NCBI RefSeq assembly: GCF_000143415.4
Contig: NW_003314442.1
Location: forward strand, 62,001-126,000
Origin: Selaginella moellendorffii
Lineage: Eukaryota; Plantae; Lycopodiophyta
DNA length: 64,000 nt
Direction of reading: 5' to 3'
In this document: one piece after another, positions 61,031 to 64,000 of the stretch
Position numbering within the stretch: position 1 is the stretch's first letter
Layout: every line of letters starts with the position of its first letter
The notes under the pieces: model-generated
The model's database searches: none
The model's input: only the letters and a program-made list of their open reading frames with translations
Told to the model about the DNA's origin: nothing
Position numbers and translations under genes: made by a program

Positions 61031-62068
61031 GGTTGTGCAAACATTGCTACAGAATAGATTTAATAAATAAAATTTTTGTTACATATAAATATGTGAATTA
61101 ATAAATAATTTTAAATATTAAAATATAATATTATCACTAATGTATAATTTTAATACAGTATTATATTATTATCACTAAAATTATCAATAATTTAATATAA
61201 ATATTATAATATGCATCTAGCTTAAATATATAATTTCAATTTTAGTACATAGACTAATTTTTTATTTCTAAAACTGAGTCTATGATATAGATCATACGAA
61301 ATATGGTAGGTCATATAGAGTAGAATACAAAATAATAATCACTACCACTGCCACTATGAGCATCTATATACATATATGATCTTTTAAAGCTTTAGCTTCT
61401 TCCTCTCACAAAATATTAAGTTTCTGGATTTTCACTCATACAACCATTTGTATTGAACCCATCCTTAAGAGTGGGATCTCATAATGAGTAATTCCACTTA
61501 TAGAAGATCGAAGATACAATGTTATGAGTTTTATTTATTATGTAATGATGTCTGTTGCTGATAGAGACAATTGTAGAAGGGATTTTTAATATAAATATTA
61601 TATTATATTTAACCATATATCTTATAATTATTATTATGTTAAAAATTATAATTATGATTATAAATCTTGTCTAAAATAATTTTTTATCAGTAATCTTATT
61701 GTTATTTTAAAAAAACATAAATAAAATTAAATATATTGAGTTGTCAAATGGCTAACATATATATATTATCATAAAAGTTTCTAACACTTAATCCTACATA
61801 ATTTTTATACATGAAAAACAACTACAATTTAATTATATTAAACCTATCTATATACTATTCAGGAATTTTATGATATATTTAAATCTAACATAGAGAAAAA
61901 TTATATATTATCAAACCCTACTCTACCCCAGTATAGAGTAAACCATAACCATTCATTTATCATAATAAAATTCCAGCATTCATAACAGTGTTATAAAGCC
62001 CTACTTTTAAATATATATATACATAAATATAGAGAGATAATAATCTTATTTCAGATTAGCATTCTCTC

Positions 62069-62242
62069 TGTGAGTGCATGGAATATGGAAAGGGAATACA
62101 GAAATGTGCATATCAATTAACCCAAAAACCCTAGCTTATATACAGGAGCGAGTGGTCCGGATTGAAACCAATCCGACGGCTACCAAAATCCACTACGCTA
62201 ATATTAGTATACGGCATCGTAGCCGTACACTTGGCCCTCACA
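62069..62242 (-). mobile_element. 3' LTR (174 bp) of a Ty3/gypsy element
   Basis: Bounded by the inverted repeat TGTGAG...CTCACA and preceded on the minus strand by the polypurine tract GAGAGGAGGGGATGA (62243-62257). Confidence 0.75.
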
Positions 62243-62274
62243 TCATCCCCTCCTCTCGGAATAATGGAAGGCCG

Positions 62275-64000
62275 TCAGGGTTCTCTTGTAGATGGGCCGG
62301 GATCTGGAGGAACGTCAGGAGGAGGCATCGGTGGATCTGTGGACGGTATTAACTGCTCCTGATCCCTCTGTAGGAAGCATTTTAACCGCTGCACATGCAC
62401 AATCTCCGGAGGATCAGCCTGCTGAACGTCATGCCGAACCTCATAAACTTGTGGTCCAACTTGCCGCAACACCCGATACGGTCCTTTCCACTGCGCAAGG
62501 AGCCCCTTAGATAAACCACGTACCGTAAGATGGGGAAAACGGACTAACACCAAATCATCCACTTTATACTCCACTGGTGGACGATGATGGGAATTGTAGC
62601 GCCGTTGTTGTCCCACTTGTACGCGGCCTAAGTGTTCAGCAGACTCTGCTCGGACAAGTGGAAGAATGCTTGTCAAATATTGATCCCATGACCTAGCATC
62701 AGGAGCTCGTGGCAATCGCGAAGGTAAACCTAGCTCTGTTGGTAATATTGGATCATGACCATATAGAAGTTTATATGGTGAAGCACCAATAGAACTCTGC
62801 ACCCCTGTGACATAAGCATACCGAAGAGACGGCAAATAACCATCCCAATCCGAATGTTGAAAGTTCACATACTTCGCAATCATCCCTTTGAATGTCCGAA
62901 CGAGCCGTTCCACCAGACTGTCTGATTGTGGATGATAAGCACTCGTAAAAGTGTGGCGTATCCCCAACCGAGATGTCAAAACATGAAATACCTCAGCCAT
63001 AAATGCAGGACCATTATCCGAAAGAATCCGTTCTGGACAAGAATGCTGGAACACCACTCGATTGAGGAGGAAGTATCCAACAGCAGTTGCAGAGGCACTA
63101 GCAAGAGCACCAACTTCCACCCAACGAGTCAAGTAGTCAGAAGCAATAATAACATACTCATTGCCAGCAGTCGATCGCGGAAAAGGTCCCATAAGATCAA
63201 ATGCCACCAACTCAAACGGACGAGAAACTGCAATTGACTCCAACCGTCCTTCCGCAGCACAAGGGGGAGTATTACGAGCTTGGCACCAAACGCAGCTACG
63301 CACATACCGGATAATATCACGTCGCATCTCTGGCCAATAGAAAGATCTGCGCAACTTCTCGGTGACACGACGGTGTCCCATATGCCCACCTAGAATAGGA
63401 GAATCATGGTAGGCATGGAGAAACCGCGGAATAAACACCGAAGGCACCACCAGCCGTAAATGAGCATCAGGATCCGTCCCCACAAACTAAAGAAGGCCAT
63501 CTTCAAGGCGATATTGAGAATGTAAATGCCGAAAAGGCAAGTCATCAGCAAGTGATGCAGGATTCTCAAACCCATCTCGAAGCCTTTGAATCCACGGCTC
63601 AATCTTTTGAGCCTCGCGAACCTCATCCAGAGAAGGTAGATCTTGCTCTACGCTCTGTGGACACTGAACGTCAAGGACAGCAACCGCCGACGGCACAGAA
63701 TCCTCATCTAGAAAATCCACAGATGCTGGAACAACAGGTTCATCAGAAACATGAGAAGTGAGTGGAGAAGGAAGAGGAGCTCGAGAAAGGGCATCAGCAT
63801 CAGCCATAGAACTCCCTGGGCGATGAACAACATCGAAATCATATATCTGAAGCTTCAAAGCCCATCGAGCCGTACGACCAACCAGGTTCTTCCGCTTCAA
63901 TAATGAAGTAACAGCAGCATGGTCACCTTCAAGTAACGTCCGAGAACCATGTAGATAGGCATGAAGTTTCTCGAAACCCCAGACTGCTGCTAAACACTCC
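62275..64000 (-). mobile_element. Ty3/gypsy pol (RNase H end - integrase - GPY/F), with an in-frame stop at 63487-63489; continues beyond the window
   Basis: RWALKLQIYDFDVVHRPG...ADALSR, HHCC zinc finger (H...GHMG...CVWCQ), FDLMGP, LSDNG, AYHPQSDSLVER, WKGPYRV. No chromodomain. Confidence 0.9.

Larger units (their letters stand above)
42248..62060 (+). mobile_element. Array of non-autonomous Helitron-derived units with captured gene fragments
   Basis: Repeated 3' hairpins TCCCAGC-NNN-GCTGGGA (two followed by CTAG), shared 5' sequence TACTCCCTTATTTAAA.GTGCTATTGGCATATGGCATC, Rep remnant, RPA remnants, AT-rich spacers, mosaic of host exons. Outer limits approximate. Confidence 0.75.

Overview
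Eukaryotic plant nuclear DNA with very compact genes and ~40-70 bp introns. The short introns, PLS-type PPR genes, CAPE and CEP44 point to a seed-free land plant with flagellated sperm, most likely the lycophyte Selaginella (inference). Bases 1-42.1 kb are extremely gene-dense: LCBK2-like kinase, VQ protein, DHHC S-acyltransferase, complex I P2-like protein, CSB/CHR8, UGLYAH, HGPRT, VPS23/ELC, PPR-E, NPL4, VPS36, DPB3/CHRAC-like histone fold, GDSL lipase, SPIKE1, beta-galactosidase, PrimPol, an alpha-tubulin pseudogene, CEP44 and CAPE (cAMP phosphodiesterase-adenylyl cyclase fusion). Bases 42.2-62 kb contain no intact gene. They form a head-to-tail array of Helitron-derived units with 3' hairpin+CTAG ends, Rep and RPA remnants, captured host gene fragments and a 217-bp palindrome-bearing tandem repeat. 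The 3' half of a Ty3/gypsy element with a 174-bp LTR follows. The most notable arrangements are two functionally coherent head-to-head gene pairs: CEP44<->CAPE (sperm centriole/motility, 203 bp ATG-to-ATG, MYB-type motifs) and UGLYAH<->HGPRT (purine catabolism vs salvage, 54 bp ATG-to-ATG). Also notable is a same-strand gene chain with gaps as small as 38 bp, a candidate polycistron. Gene ends and exon structures were inferred by eye.
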